Assembly: GCA_977030845.1 (NCBI GenBank)
Contig: OZ365112.1
Coordinates: 18,104,001-18,168,000 of the forward strand
Direction: 5' to 3'
Length of the DNA stretch: 64,000 bases
Origin: Fimbriosthenelais zetlandica
Taxonomy: Eukaryota
Both the position numbers and the translations under genes were made by a program. The notes under the pieces are model-generated. The model saw nothing but the letters and a program-made list of their open reading frames with translations. It did no database searches and was not told where the DNA came from. Positions 28,092 to 41,529 of the stretch are shown piece after piece. Every line of letters starts with the position of its first letter. Within the stretch, counting starts at the first letter, position 1.

Positions 28092-31000
28092 CGGCCATGA
28101 TGTAACTCGTGTACCATGGATGTACCCCGTGACCAGTGAACCATGCTATGTCTTTCATCTCCAGCTTTGAGGTTCGTCCAGATTATGACGTATGTAATTC
28201 ACACATGTCGTTTATGTTTGTAGATGACGAGGATGAGGGCGGAAACTGAGGAGAAAACTCGCGGACTCATTCCAGCCACTGTAAGACAGGTAAGCATCGT
28301 AATTTCCTTTTTGATAAATATTTTATTTCATCCATCTATTAACACCTTTTTATGCCAACCTTTGAAAGAGCAACTCCGTTGTAACACTACCAGTGCATCC
28401 ATGCGTTCAGGCCAGTAAGTAGTGTAAGTAGGATATGTAAAGTCTCGTTTCGTCCAGGCTATGTAAGGGCAACATTAGAGTTGCATCTTGCCAAGGGAAA
28501 ATACACTGCTTATTCATCAAGGATGCCCTTGCATAGGTTTCTATCGTAGTTCTTTGTTTGCCTATGTTACAGAGCAAAAATTGCCGTTCCTTGTGAATAA
28601 GGTGTTCACACATTATACACACACTTAGAGGAAAACAGCCATGTCTAACAGGTAATCCACGCTAAACACAACACACAAACAGAGGCAGGGAGGCTGGCTG
28701 TCTTTGAGCTGGTGTCCGTTTCTTGTCATCAGACAAACGTTGCATGTTCCTGGGCAGACTGTTTCATGTCCCACTCATATAAAACGAGCAAAGTTACACA
28801 TAAAAAGAAGCAGACAATTGGTGGCATGCAGCCACAGAAGAGGAACTGCCTGCCCGTGAAGCTTTACCTAAAAAATACAAAGAAGTAAGAAAGTCACCCC
28901 CGCCGCTGGCTACCATGATACCAAGAGGCTTTGTGGGAGCTGCAGAAAGTTATCCTGTTAGAAGTGGGTTCATATTCACAGGATGAAGATTCTTCATGTT
29001 CATGAAAGGAGGTATAATCTTGGCATTGATGAGCCCAGCGTAAAAGATTTCTTTATATAAAATGATCTCCAAAAAGGAATGTAATCCAGAAGGCTTCACG
29101 TTTTATTGGCGACTGATATATGCGCTTTATGTTCAAGATTAGAGTGACAATCTTCTTTTCTGTGATTTGCCATCTTCAGGAAACCGATGCATTATTATAG
29201 AAGACTTATTATAGAAGACCTGTGACTTCTAGGTCTTTGACCTAAAGATTTGAACTAGGTCATTAGAAATGGCGGCAGACTGAATACGCTGTCAGTGTCA
29301 ATAGTGAAAGGCTGCATGGAAATGCAATCATTGCCTCCAAGCAACTCCTGCAAACATCTGCAGCAATTATCTTCTCTATCTTTGATCCTAAAATTTAGTT
29401 ACAGCCATCTCAATACACAAGGCGCAAAAGACACTCTAATTGTCCTGCATTCTTGCTAGATTGACAAATAAAGAAATGGCATGAGCTAAAAAGATGTTCA
29501 GTTTTCGAGGGGAAAAAAAGAACAAGATTGTGGAGTTTTTCAAAGGGGTGAGACCCGTGTAAATTGACTTTTTGAAGTACGAGACATGGAGCTGGAAATT
29601 AAAAATTAGTTGGACGGATTGTGATGGAGTTTTTTGAAATAGTTGATTTTGTGATTGAAGGGCAGCTTTAATTTCTTTCCGCGTAGTTAGCGAGTGTGGG
29701 GGAGGTGACCAGCACTGATGCCTACTCCCCCAACCTTTTAAACAATTTACAGGACGTGAAAATGAGCTTCATATTGTCATTAACTACAAATTAACCTTTA
29801 AATGACCTTGTGGTTTTTGATAGCTCTAATCTGGTGGTTTTGAATCGCGCTGAATTAATGCGGAAACTACCAGCAGCTACATGAACAGTGTCATCAAATG
29901 GTGCCTTAAAGAGACAGTCATACTTCATTGAAAGAAACATTTAAAATTCTAAATGTATGTCCTTTAAAACAAAGTAGTTGCGAATCATTTATCAATGAGA
30001 AAGTTCCTGTTAGAGTATAGTATTCCCCTGAAATGGTCTGTTTTTGTTCAGGAAGACTGTGCAGCAGCCTGTATATAGTTATGGAAGTTCTATGTTATGA
30101 CAAAGGCTGCTGCTGTATGTCTCATCTGCTTCTTCTGAGCCTTCTTTTTAAGCAGGCAGCTGTAATTTAATGTCTTTAATCTATCACTAATCACGAGAGA
30201 TAATTAAGCATATTTCTGTTCCTCTGAAGAAAAACCTTAAATATTGTTAATCTTCTGTGAAAAAGTCTGTATTATCGCCTCCATCCACTCTCTTTTGTAG
30301 CGTTCTTATCAATGCCTTGAAAATGCAGACGCCAGGAAAAAATAATCCCATGGAATTGTTCTTATTTTTAAATCCCCTTGCCACATTAGCTGTATGCTGA
30401 ACGAATTCTCCTTTAATTAGTATTTCATTCTTAGATGTGCTTTTTCTGCCCTTTAAGAGTTTATTATTTCATATTTTCTCTTCTCGCTAATTAGTGAGCA
30501 GACGAGCTCTGTCTGCCTAGATCGCCTGTTTTTGGAGAGCTGAGAGGTTTACAATGGCGCTTTATTCGCCACTCTTTATGTTGTTCAGAGACTAAAAACA
30601 GACTAAGATCTCTTGAGGCGAGAGATGTAAGGCACCAGTTATATGCCTGAAATGGATGGTGTTGAAAGCAAATTAGTCTTTTGGAACCTTGAGGTTTATG
30701 ATGAAAGTCTTGAATGATGAGCTTTATTAACATTTTTGAGGCTTAATGCATCTTTGTAATAATCTGAGTGTCAACTTTTTTATTCCATCTATATCTCATC
30801 AATTTCTGTTTTAGCCTGGTGGTGTAGCTATGAGATGAGCTGATCCTGGATCTTCTTTTTCTGAGCAACACATCCAAAGATTTATGAAGAGTTCCCATTT
30901 TGCGTAAATTATTGTCTGCTCTCTACCCCTCGTCCTTGTCTAATGTCCCGCCTACCTCTTCCATCTTCTGCCTGTATTTTAAAAATGTCGTCTACCCCCT

Positions 31001-32499
31001 TTCATGCTTTGTCTGTTTCCCGCTCTTTGCCATGAGGACTTTTGTGGCTTTCTTGTGTGTGTTCCACTGCTTCCAAGACCCGCCGCCTTTTTCGCCAGCT
31101 CGATAGCACTCGTTGCGAAGCGTTGCTTTGATGGCGGACAAAAGATGACGGGGGATTGATTAAATAAAGTGCAGAGATCAAATGAGAAGGTTTTTTGCGA
31201 GTGATGTCACCGATACAAAGAAATGCGCCATCTTTTGGTGGTGGCCAGAAGCGTTAGTTCCCTGGTGATGTCAACGTCACAATGGCATCAAAAGGCGGGA
31301 GCAGGAGAGATACATACTGATATACCTCCTCTAGGGAGCTTTAGAGGGCGCAGCAGTGCTGGGAGATGAGAGAAGACCTGCCACTAGGGAGGCTATTGCC
31401 TGTCACACTGTTAAAACCTCCTGTTAAATGAGCAACTATACTGTGAAATCACCTGCTCGTCTAAATGTGCTGAAACTATGTAGTTGACCTTTCTCTATCG
31501 AGTGTAGGTGTGGGCCTCGTCAGCAGTATACATGGGTACCAGTCACTTCAGAGATGTACATCGTCACCCTCATCCAAAGGTCAATTTCAAACTTCCTAAA
31601 CTTCCCCAAGTCTCTCCCCAAAATTCAGAGTTCCGTGGAGTGTCTTAACAGGTGATCCATGCACCACAGTTGCCTTTTGACTCTAGTGCATGTGTTAGGA
31701 ACAGACTGATGGGTTTCAAGGCACATTTACATTTCAGACGCATGCCTGTTGCAAGCCTCCAGAGATTTGGCAAGTATCGATAAAGTTGCAGACTTTGACT
31801 TTTGAGATGTTGACTTGTGCTCAGCATCACCTTCCCTAACTGCATGGGGAAGGGGGTATAGGCTTCCCATGACGCCTCCGTGCTGTAGTTGCATCCCATA
31901 CTGCAAGAGGGCAACTCTGTAATCTAATCACTGCTTCAAAAATGGCACCTAAAAGGATCCTGGTCGTTTCACAAGTCGATTGTTCCTGTTGTCACAAAGG
32001 GATTTCTTGGAGAGAGAAAATATCAAACGCCATCTTTGATTCCTCCCCAGTTGTATTAACACACAAAGAGGTAAAAGCGAACAAAGGCTAAAATACACTG
32101 CACAAATTCAAGGCGAGCGCCGTAAAAACTCTGTCAGAGATCATTTTCCTCGCGGCTGTGAGGAAGAGGGACCAATGGATGAAGAGTAAGACAAAACAAT
32201 GAAAGTAAAAGCTCTGGCGCAACTTTAAAAGATCTTTCTAGACTCAACTACACAGAAAGAAACTACTCAATGACGAAGAACAAAGATCTGTAGATCTAGT
32301 TATGACGAGGCATATCGATAGAGCAGTGCTCAGAGAGAGTACTTGAAGCTGCTTCTCTTGTAAAATATTGCTGCCACATGCTCCTTTCATCTCCCTCTCA
32401 TCCTAATCAAAGGTCTCGTTTTATATCCAGATGGGCGTGGTTTTAGCAGATCACTAGCGATATCCTTGCCATTTAATATCTTGCTTTGGGAATGAAGAA

Positions 32500-32580
32500 T
32501 ACGTTGAGTTATACTGTCCAAAATGTATACGTTGAGTTATACTGTCCAAAATGTATGCGTTGAGTTATACTGTCCAAATG
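32500..32580. repeat. 28-bp tandem triplication (TACGTTGAGTTATACTGTCCAAAATGTA)
   Basis: Copies start at 32500, 32528 and 32556; the last is slightly truncated. Confidence 0.95.
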
Positions 32581-35500
32581 GGTTTCCCTTCCTTATAATC
32601 AATTGCCTGTAGAACTTGCCAAACATGCCAATTTGTAGTTTTTTTCCAGTTGATTGTAATAAACCCCTGCTCTGATCTTTTCAGGAACTAGAAGACACCA
32701 TCTCATCCCTGAAATCTCAGGTTATCTCGCTACAACAAAGAGCTCAACTTTTGCAGGAGGAGGTGGAACTCAGATCTTCATTTGGGGTAAACCACCTGGG
32801 CAACAGTCTCGCCAATACACTAGGGTCAACCACTTCTATCAAGAGCAACGTTTGATGGCGAAAACAAGTATATATGACACTACTGATACTACGTCCTACA
32901 TCAAAAACTGTCCTGCACAATTTAGAGGGAAGTGGGACTTAAATCAGGACAAGGGAGAACGCCCATGTCTGATACCCAGTGACATGAACAGCTCCCACGT
33001 TTATCTTGTAAATAGTTGTACAGAGAAGTATAGTTTTATATTCGCAGTGTTTCCAAAACCATGATATTTTTACAAAGCAAATGTTCTGTGATGCTTGATG
33101 TTTAGTATTAGTAACTGTTTTATTTGTTATGAAATTTAATATTTCGTCATACATGTGTCTTTAAACATTCTAGATGGAATTCGGCGTACTAGTAGGAGCT
33201 CAAACGCTCCAAATTTAGCCTAACAAAACATATGTATGTCGCTGCAAACACTGGTTCATATAGTATTTATATCTTCTGTTATTCGACCAAACTTTCTTTG
33301 TAACCTTCAGGTGAAGATACTGAGACAAAATGATTGAAAAATCTCTCAAAATCCAACAGATGGAAGTGCGTCACGTGCAGGGGTCAGCATTAAAAAAATG
33401 TCATGGGTCTCTGAGCATCTCCCCTAAGATCAATATAAAAATCCACAAATCCAGGGTTTCTTTGATTAATCAGGGCATAGTTATGAAGTATGAGGTTTTG
33501 GATACATGCAACCAACTCAGACAGTTAAGACAACCAACTAATTGGGCTCAAACATTTCACTGTACGTGCCTTCGCTGATCAATTTCTATGGTGTGTCTTC
33601 CAAGTTGAGGCATTGGTGTTGATATCCATTTTGACACTTTCTCATAAAGCCATATTCTTATTGGATTGTTGGGTTAATAATATGGTTAAACAATGTGTGG
33701 TTCAATACAAGTGTCCTCTATGACCATGTCATGTGTGACGTCATACCACCTCCCCCAATCATTAGGGACGTTTTGGTGAATGAAATATATTGGATATTTG
33801 TCAAGTTTTGGTGGTGAGTGGGCTCCACTGGCTGCAGTGTGTCCCGGGATAGAAGCCTTGGATCTCCGACTCTAATAACAGGCAGCGAGCACTGTGTTTT
33901 TCTTCCCCTATCACTGGGTAAATCTGCCAGCTTTGATGTGGTTCGTCCTCTTTCATAAAACAAGTCGTGGCGTTTAGTCATATCGTTTGGTAGCTGGCTT
34001 GTGATCGGTGCAATGGCTGTGTGGGGTATAGTGAGAGAGGGTTGGGGCTGACACCCCGGGACCAAATACTGATCCAGTCTTTCATTTTCTCAGTCACCCC
34101 CTGCACCTCTCCTACACCCAGCGCCCTGCACCCGCCAGCCCAGGAGGACGATAGTACCATCAGGCACATCTAGGGGTTAGGCCAGTCTCTAATTACACAA
34201 GACTTATCCTGGTGTCACGGCATCACTTCAAACAGAACAGTCTGCTCTTGCTGCTTTGAGGATGCCATTAAAAAGGGGTTGGGGGAAAACTTGCATAAGC
34301 AGGATCGTTCTCCTACTTTGTGAATGTGAAAATGAGAACCTCCAAGATACTAAGCTAGGGTATAATGCCTTCCTCTCGACCTCTTACTTTACACCTTCCT
34401 TCCTATTGCCCTTTCCTCATCCAACCCTTGCCCTTTATTCCTCATCTCTAACCCACCCATTCCCACTATGTTCACAATGCTCATAGATGGAACCCTCACA
34501 TGGCAATGGCAGACCTCAGGCTTCTATTCAACTAGCAACCTCAAATAAACACCATGACTAAGCCTCTTACAGATATACATGTAGTCCAAATAATCCTAGG
34601 TTTAAGTTTGTTTTTAGTTAATGTCATTGTCAAAGTTTAAATAAAAATGTAAAAAATATGTATGGCAGTTTTTGAAATTAATTTTGGAGTAAATAGAAGT
34701 CAAATGGACAGAATAAATTCAGTACATGGTTCAAAAGAGGATGAAACATCAATGGAAAAACGAAGACAAGAAAATTATTTATAAACCCGAAAGAACTAGA
34801 ACATAACCTGATAAATCAATAAAACAATACTTAAGGGACCAAATATGTTGAAACGCCATGGATATAGCTGCAGTATCAAAACTAATGTCGGACAGCATAT
34901 AAAGACGGCAACAAAGGATAGCAGAAAGATTATGTATATTCTAAAGTCTCTGAAGTGCACTTGATTTGAATGGAATTAACTAGAGTTAAAACACTTGATG
35001 GTAAAAGAAACTGCACTAACGCCATAGTCGCATGGAAAGAGAAAGTGCAATCATCAATATACTATAGGGACATACTGTACGTCACGGTAAAGTGCATGAT
35101 TGACACCCCTGGTACTCATGAACATCATGTTCTGTGCATCAATATAAGGCATTATCAGCCGTGATTGGCGGCGCCAAGAACAAACAATTCCTCTTTATCG
35201 GATCCCTTTGAAATCCAGCGCCATTTTGGGCTGTGGCGCATGCGTAATTGTTTCATTTGTAGGTGAGGTGGGTGTGCGGCTTGACCTGCGGGACTTCCGG
35301 TGTAATGAGTTGCTTTGATGGGTTTGTTCCTCCAGCTTTGATCAGAGCCACCTATCGGCGAGTATCAGCTCGCCCCCGTCAGTGCCGATTTACATTCATT
35401 TAATATTCATAGCTGTCAATATTCCATTCATTAGCGCGCCCTTTCCTGATTGTATTATGGACGTGTGTACGCCTTGCTCGCTTCTTGGGAAATTCACCAA

Positions 35501-38500
35501 GAGTTATCATCAATTCCAGGCCGCTACTACACAAGAGTATTATGTGATGTAATTATTGGAGTGTCATGACAACCATGCTGTGTCTTGTGGGCTGAAGTAA
35601 AGCCTCGTGATAGAGACAACAGCCCAAACAAACAATATAGGGCCGACCCTTTCAACACCAGTCTCACATATATAAGGTTGTAAAACTTTTCACCGGTTCC
35701 AATTGGAAATCCCATAACAGTTCTGTAGTAGGATTTCTCCCTGTAAATGCCCGGCAGCAACTGATCCTTTATAAGGGTTTCCTTATGGGGTTTTTGGGTC
35801 CCACAAGATCAGTACACTCCTTGTGGTGTCTTACAGGATGCTTGGGTCAGATCACTATAATTATGGGCCATTATGGGGCGGTTATGGGGTTCCACACACA
35901 TCCCACGACAACCTACAATCGCAAAAATACATGCTAGATCTCCCCGGTAGAGCCACATGTGACTCTCTGGGAGTGACTTTCCAGGGATTATGGGCAAAGC
36001 TTATCCACTATGTTACACAGTACATCTGACCGGGAGACTATTTGTGCGCCTTATGGGGCTGTTGCTGGGAGGTTCTGGGGAAGTTACGGCATGTATATTT
36101 TCATGAATCCAGTAGGACATTTTACAACAATGCTTTAGCCTATGGTTGTACAACAAGCTGCAGGAGAATGAAATTGAATTGCATACTTGCAGAATTTGCT
36201 TCTTTGTGCAAGTTACAGAACACTCCTGCAGGAGTTGGTGTCTGGACCCGATGATCTATGGATGACAGGTGGTGGTGGTGGAGTGGGTAAGGCGGGATAA
36301 TCTGTACCCACAATTTAACACAACGAATCGCGACAATCACAGGGACAAATCATAGTCGCTTTGTGCTGGCACTGCTTTGAAGTCTTCATGAGGCATGTCG
36401 CGTCGCCCGCGCCATGCAGAGTAACAATGCTACGGATTAATATCGCTTTACCATCGGGAATTATCCACAATAAAGCGACGTAATGATAAGGATTAAGGAG
36501 AGCGGGAGTTGGTAATCGTGTCTAAGTGAACGGGTTGGATTAACAAGTGGTTGCAAGCTTTCATCTCTCACACTTCCATAGTTCTGTCCGTGATGAATGT
36601 CTTATACTTTCCCACTACACCAGCACTGTAGCTATGGCAACCATTACAGCTATACAGTTCCAACAAACTGGAAACACATCCAACGTGGGTGTGTCCCTCA
36701 CGTCCAAGGAGGTTCCCCAGTTGAGAAAAGTAAAATTTATGAAAGGAGACAAAAAAAATATCTGAGGTACATTGAACATGAGTGATTGACCATGAAATGG
36801 TGTGTGTGAAAGGAACCGCTCTGAACCAATGCATGGAGGTAGTGTGCTGGGCAGAGGAGGCTCTTGTGGCAAGATATCGACAGATAAGAAAAAATTGTCA
36901 TGCTACAATTGTCTGGAATTCAGCCAGAAACAGGGAGACAGGAATTCAATGGATTCAAGAGTGGTCACTAAGGCCATGGCGATGCACACAACAATGATGT
37001 CCGTGCACTGTCCCTTTTTCAGTAGGGCCTACAGATTCTGCAATCAGAAGATCCAATATGAGCCAACAAACGAATGTATTTCTTTCAAACCCCAGTTATT
37101 GGGGATGAAAGGGTTAAGGTTTCCCCCGTAAAAGAAGATCTTAAATCCAAAACATTTTAGAGACAGGACGCTGGGAAATGAGCCTCACCAAAGAAAATGA
37201 ATTGAAATATGTGATCTTTTTCACAGAGATTCTCCAATTTTTTTATGTGTGTTTCTTATGAGGAAATCCATAAAGAAATGTGAAAAGATTCCCGATTGAT
37301 CAGTAACAGAAAAACCTTGCCATGAAATTTTCTTCATGAGGGAACCCAGGAGACAGAAATTCTATTATCAATCTTAAACGCCGAAAAGAATGACAAGAGG
37401 ATAAGAACCATAACTTTCTTAGCATGCATGGCACCTATAATACCCAAATGGGATCCCTCAGATCTCCTGCTAATCATTTAGTCATAAGTAGCCATAACAC
37501 AATGCAGTTAGTCATATGACACATTGAGAATGCTGCCCCCACCGCTCACTTGGTGGATAATTCACCATTTGTAGAGAAGAACTGATGGTTGGGCAATAAA
37601 TAGAGAAAAAAATATGGTTTTGGCGTCATGAGGAGGCATCGATTTGGGCCCTAATTGTCATGCATATTACGTTTGTAATTAGGAACGGGATGATTAATGA
37701 ATTTTTGGTCTCCATTGTCACAGTGCTCTGGCCTCGGAGGTAATTAATCTCAGCAGGATGGATAAATCCCCTGAAAGCTCCCCACTTTTCCCACCCCCGA
37801 TTCATAAACCAGCCCCCTCCCAACTCAAACAATCCCGATTGTCAATTTTGCCACCCTTCAACTCACAATGCGAGTGTGCTTTGATAAAAAGGACTTCAAA
37901 GACAATTAATGGCCATTTTGTCTCCTCTATGATTGAACTCGGTGAATCCGCATGGTGAAAAGAGCAAAATGATGGCCGGGGAGGAGGATATGATGGGTAG
38001 GGGGTGGTGAGGAGGCAGAGTATACACCCTCCTCACAACGAGGCCCTCAATCCCTCCCCCTCCCTCCACCCTCCTAAACATCCTTACATTACCCCCAGAC
38101 ATCCCTCTCCCCCTCTGAAGTGACAGTGCCATTGTTTCCCCTGGCGGCAGGCGCTTCAATCATGATCCTTTTGTGTGTGCGCATTCACAAAAATCGTCTC
38201 ATACACAGAGCAGGCAACGGAGGCATGAAATGCGCACAATCCTTATTCTTTAACTTCCGCCAGACCAAACGGGGGCTTTGCCCATGCGCAAAAGTCGACA
38301 TAAACTTCCCATGGCAAGGCACTGTCTTCAAAGGGGCAAAAAATGTTAATCTAATTCAGTTTTCTGTGATTTTCTTTCAAAGTCAGAAACGCTAGCGCTT
38401 TGATTAGGAGCTGGAAATTGTCGTCTGCCGCAGAGCTTGGAGCGCCTTGACTGGCGTCGATAGCCACGTTTGCCCAAAAGTCTCAATCATAAAGAATTAA

Positions 38501-40775
38501 TTTTCTCAAAGATTGCTCTTAACAATTTCAAAGGTTTTCCTTATAGGAAATTATCATTAAAAGATCTTCAAAGCGATATTTGTTTCAGCTTGTTCACTGG
38601 CGTTTTATAGGTTGCCTCTCACTGCACACGTGCTTTTGACAAGAACACAGGAGTACACAGGACAGATTGAAAACATTCATTACAGTGAAAAAGCTCCGAT
38701 TTGAATTTTGTCTCTGTCAAGAGTGTTCATGGGCCTTTGAAGTGACTTAATCCCCATTTATTTTCTCCCCCATTCTCGTAAAAGTCGAATGCAGGCTCCC
38801 ATGGATGTCCATTTAATAATCCGCAAAAACAGCCTATACGGCTAGATGAAGGCCATAGGTTAGAGTTGGGAAATGATCCAGAGTCAGTTGCCCTCAGATA
38901 GTGATGAAGTAGCAGAAAACGGAGTGCATGTTGGGCAGGGATATGTAAAGATCTCAATGGTTTATCCCTCCCTTTGATATCACTGACTCCTGTAATCCCA
39001 GAGCCTGTCTAGAAGAGGCGCCACATACAATCAATAGCACTCAGGGTCACCATCGACCGGGCAGGGGTTAAAGAGGGAAGAAAAGAGGGAAATTTAGGTG
39101 GAAAAAGTAACAGAACCCACAATAATCGTTTTGGGAGATCTTGGTGACTGGATGTATGGATAAGCCAAGGGGCGTCCGAGAGAAGGAGCATAGAGAAAAG
39201 ACCATATGACTAGGCGGGAGTGCATGAGGGGATTGAATTAACGTCACTACCTCGAGTGCAAGAATAACTTAAAATTGACCTGAAAGGCAACTAATGCATG
39301 GGGAACTCATCAAAGTGTGACATCCCCATAACTGAGATGGTAGATATTTAGTATATAAGCTAAATATCCCTGCTTTTAGAGTACCAAGTAACTCAAGAAA
39401 GACAAGTCATATATCAATATAGCGGTTGACATATCAAATGTCCCTCAGGTTTAAACGTGATCCTGTGAGATCCAGGGTGCTCCTTCGACTCGGTTCCACG
39501 ACAAAGGGATCATGTGTTACTCCCAGCTCTTTCTCATGCACTTTTGTGTAATCCTGCCACTTGTCAATGGTACACTTGCTCAGGAGTTGAATGTGAGAAG
39601 TTTACGCGACTTCACGAATATGGAGGTACCTTTAGGCCGATCACATCTGCGACCATGTCATGCGACACGCCATGAAGAGTGGCACACAGACAGAGACGAG
39701 ATCTTTAAACAATCGATCCTTGTACAAGAATCTTCTCTTTGATCAGCTCACTGCACTGACTAGTACAGAAGTCAGGAAACTTTACCGTCGCGTGAGTGGT
39801 GAGCGTTATACAATCACCAGCGGTAAATCGAGACCTGTAAAGCACATGCCTCGCAGTGTCCTCCAAGTTGCAAGACAATCAGGAGAATTGTTGTTGGGAA
39901 GAAAAGGAAAGGTGGAGGGTTTTGTGCTACTGAAGGTCTAGATGTGACATAAGGGAGAAGCTCACAGTGATTATGGATGGTTGTTGCATGTGGAGGCCGT
40001 ACTGTGTTCTGTGCGCCATTTGAGCAATTTATAAACAAGTACGGGTCCGGGACAAGGCAGGGCTGTAGGATGAAAGAGAGGTAGGAGCGAGAACAATGGC
40101 AGCTAAGATAGAACAGGGAAGGGAATAGAGGTAGGACATGCGAAATAATCATCCCTCGGCAGATGAAACAAAAACGGAGAGAAAAACTCCTGTGATATAA
40201 GCATCAGATGCCATGGACACCCGGTCTAACATTTGTTGAAAAATTCAAGTATATCTGCCAAAAGTGATTTTCATTATGAATTAAAACAAATTATAATGCA
40301 GCCTACATGGTTCACCAGATAACATAACAACGTGCAGCTTTTGACCAACCATAAGGTGTTGACTGAATGGGAATTCACAGTTTGTACATGTATAGTATTA
40401 CACAATTTTTCAAGCATGGAAGATCATATGAGCTTCTTTTGGATACCCAGCCCCCATTTTCATATACTACTTGGCCAGATTACACTTGCTTCGTTCAGTA
40501 ACATAGTATAGATAGTAACCAAAAGTTACCAAAATCAAATCTAGCAAATACTGGACTTATAACTCAGAAAACCCCCTTAGTACAAAGGTTGCTGCCATGT
40601 GCTGGGCTTATTTCAGGCTATGATAAACAGATTACAGTTAGTAGTCCCGTCTGGCAGGATGCCCTCATGTCGCCGCCCTCAGCGCCCGCTATGACCTTGC
40701 AAGGTCAGTGCAGGATGCGGTTGATTTTTATTATTTGATTTTGTTTTATTTGTTCTTGCCCGCCAAACTCCCGCG

Positions 40776-41529
40776 CTTTGATCCCTGGCACAAGACCGTT
40801 GCACCCACATTTTCGCGCCAAAATTTTGCAGAGAGGAGAGGACTAATGAAACTGTAAAAATGTGTGAAAAAAAATTCAAGAGGATCAAGGAGATTACTTT
40901 GGGCATCAAAGGCTGTCGAATTTGGCAGTGAGCGAAGAGGAATCAAAGGGTGGAGGGTGGAAGTGTGAGGGGGCGCGTAGCACGGGGTGAATGATTAAAC
41001 CTTGGCGCCACAATGATCAAAGACATTTATGACTTGTGGCTGTGTCCAGCTGACCGTAATTTCACTTCGATCTAAGCAGGAGACAGCCACCAATTGGTTG
41101 CCGGCCACGGCTATCAAAGTCCGGTCGGCAAAGGCCCGGATCCACTCCCGATAATATTTACTTTCAAAACAATAAAGGCGCATTTATGAGGGCCCTTTTC
41201 ATCTTCGGAAATGTAGACGCGCTTCATGCATAATTGATTTGGCGAGTTTCTTTCATCTTGGCGGATTCGATATCAGCCCACTCTGTAATAGAGAACAGTA
41301 TCCCTCATCGATGTGAGAGGGCGCCGCCATCAAAGCCGTAACAACACGCCAGGTGAAGCAGACCCACTTTTTCGCCCCTTTTTCTCCTAAAGCCCGCGCT
41401 CTCTCTTTCAGGACAGTTCGACGGAGATCAACGCACATCACAAAACAAAATGGCCGCCCAGCAACAACAAGCATCTCTACAAGGCACGACATTCCCGTCT
41501 CTAGGCAACGGTTGCTAGGAACATCAAAG
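40776..41529. promoter_or_regulatory. Dense TCF/LEF cluster in a CpG-rich patch (candidate enhancer)
   Basis: Seven sites: CTTTGAT at 40776 and ATCAAAG at 40905, 40942, 41016, 41113, 41329 and 41523. The 41329 site abuts GCCGCC. Confidence 0.6.

Noticed and set aside
28224-28289. Plus-strand exon-like segment (tttgtag|ATGACG...ACAG|gtaagc)
   Set aside because: Isolated 66-nt candidate with no recognisable peptide or partner exons. Such pairs are expected by chance in 64 kb.
33866-33879. GCCAGCTTTGATG (also at ~56980) matches the 3' part of mature miR-2
   Set aside because: The miR-2 5' seed portion (TATCACA) is absent and I saw no precursor hairpin. The match is explained by a TCF site with AGC flank.
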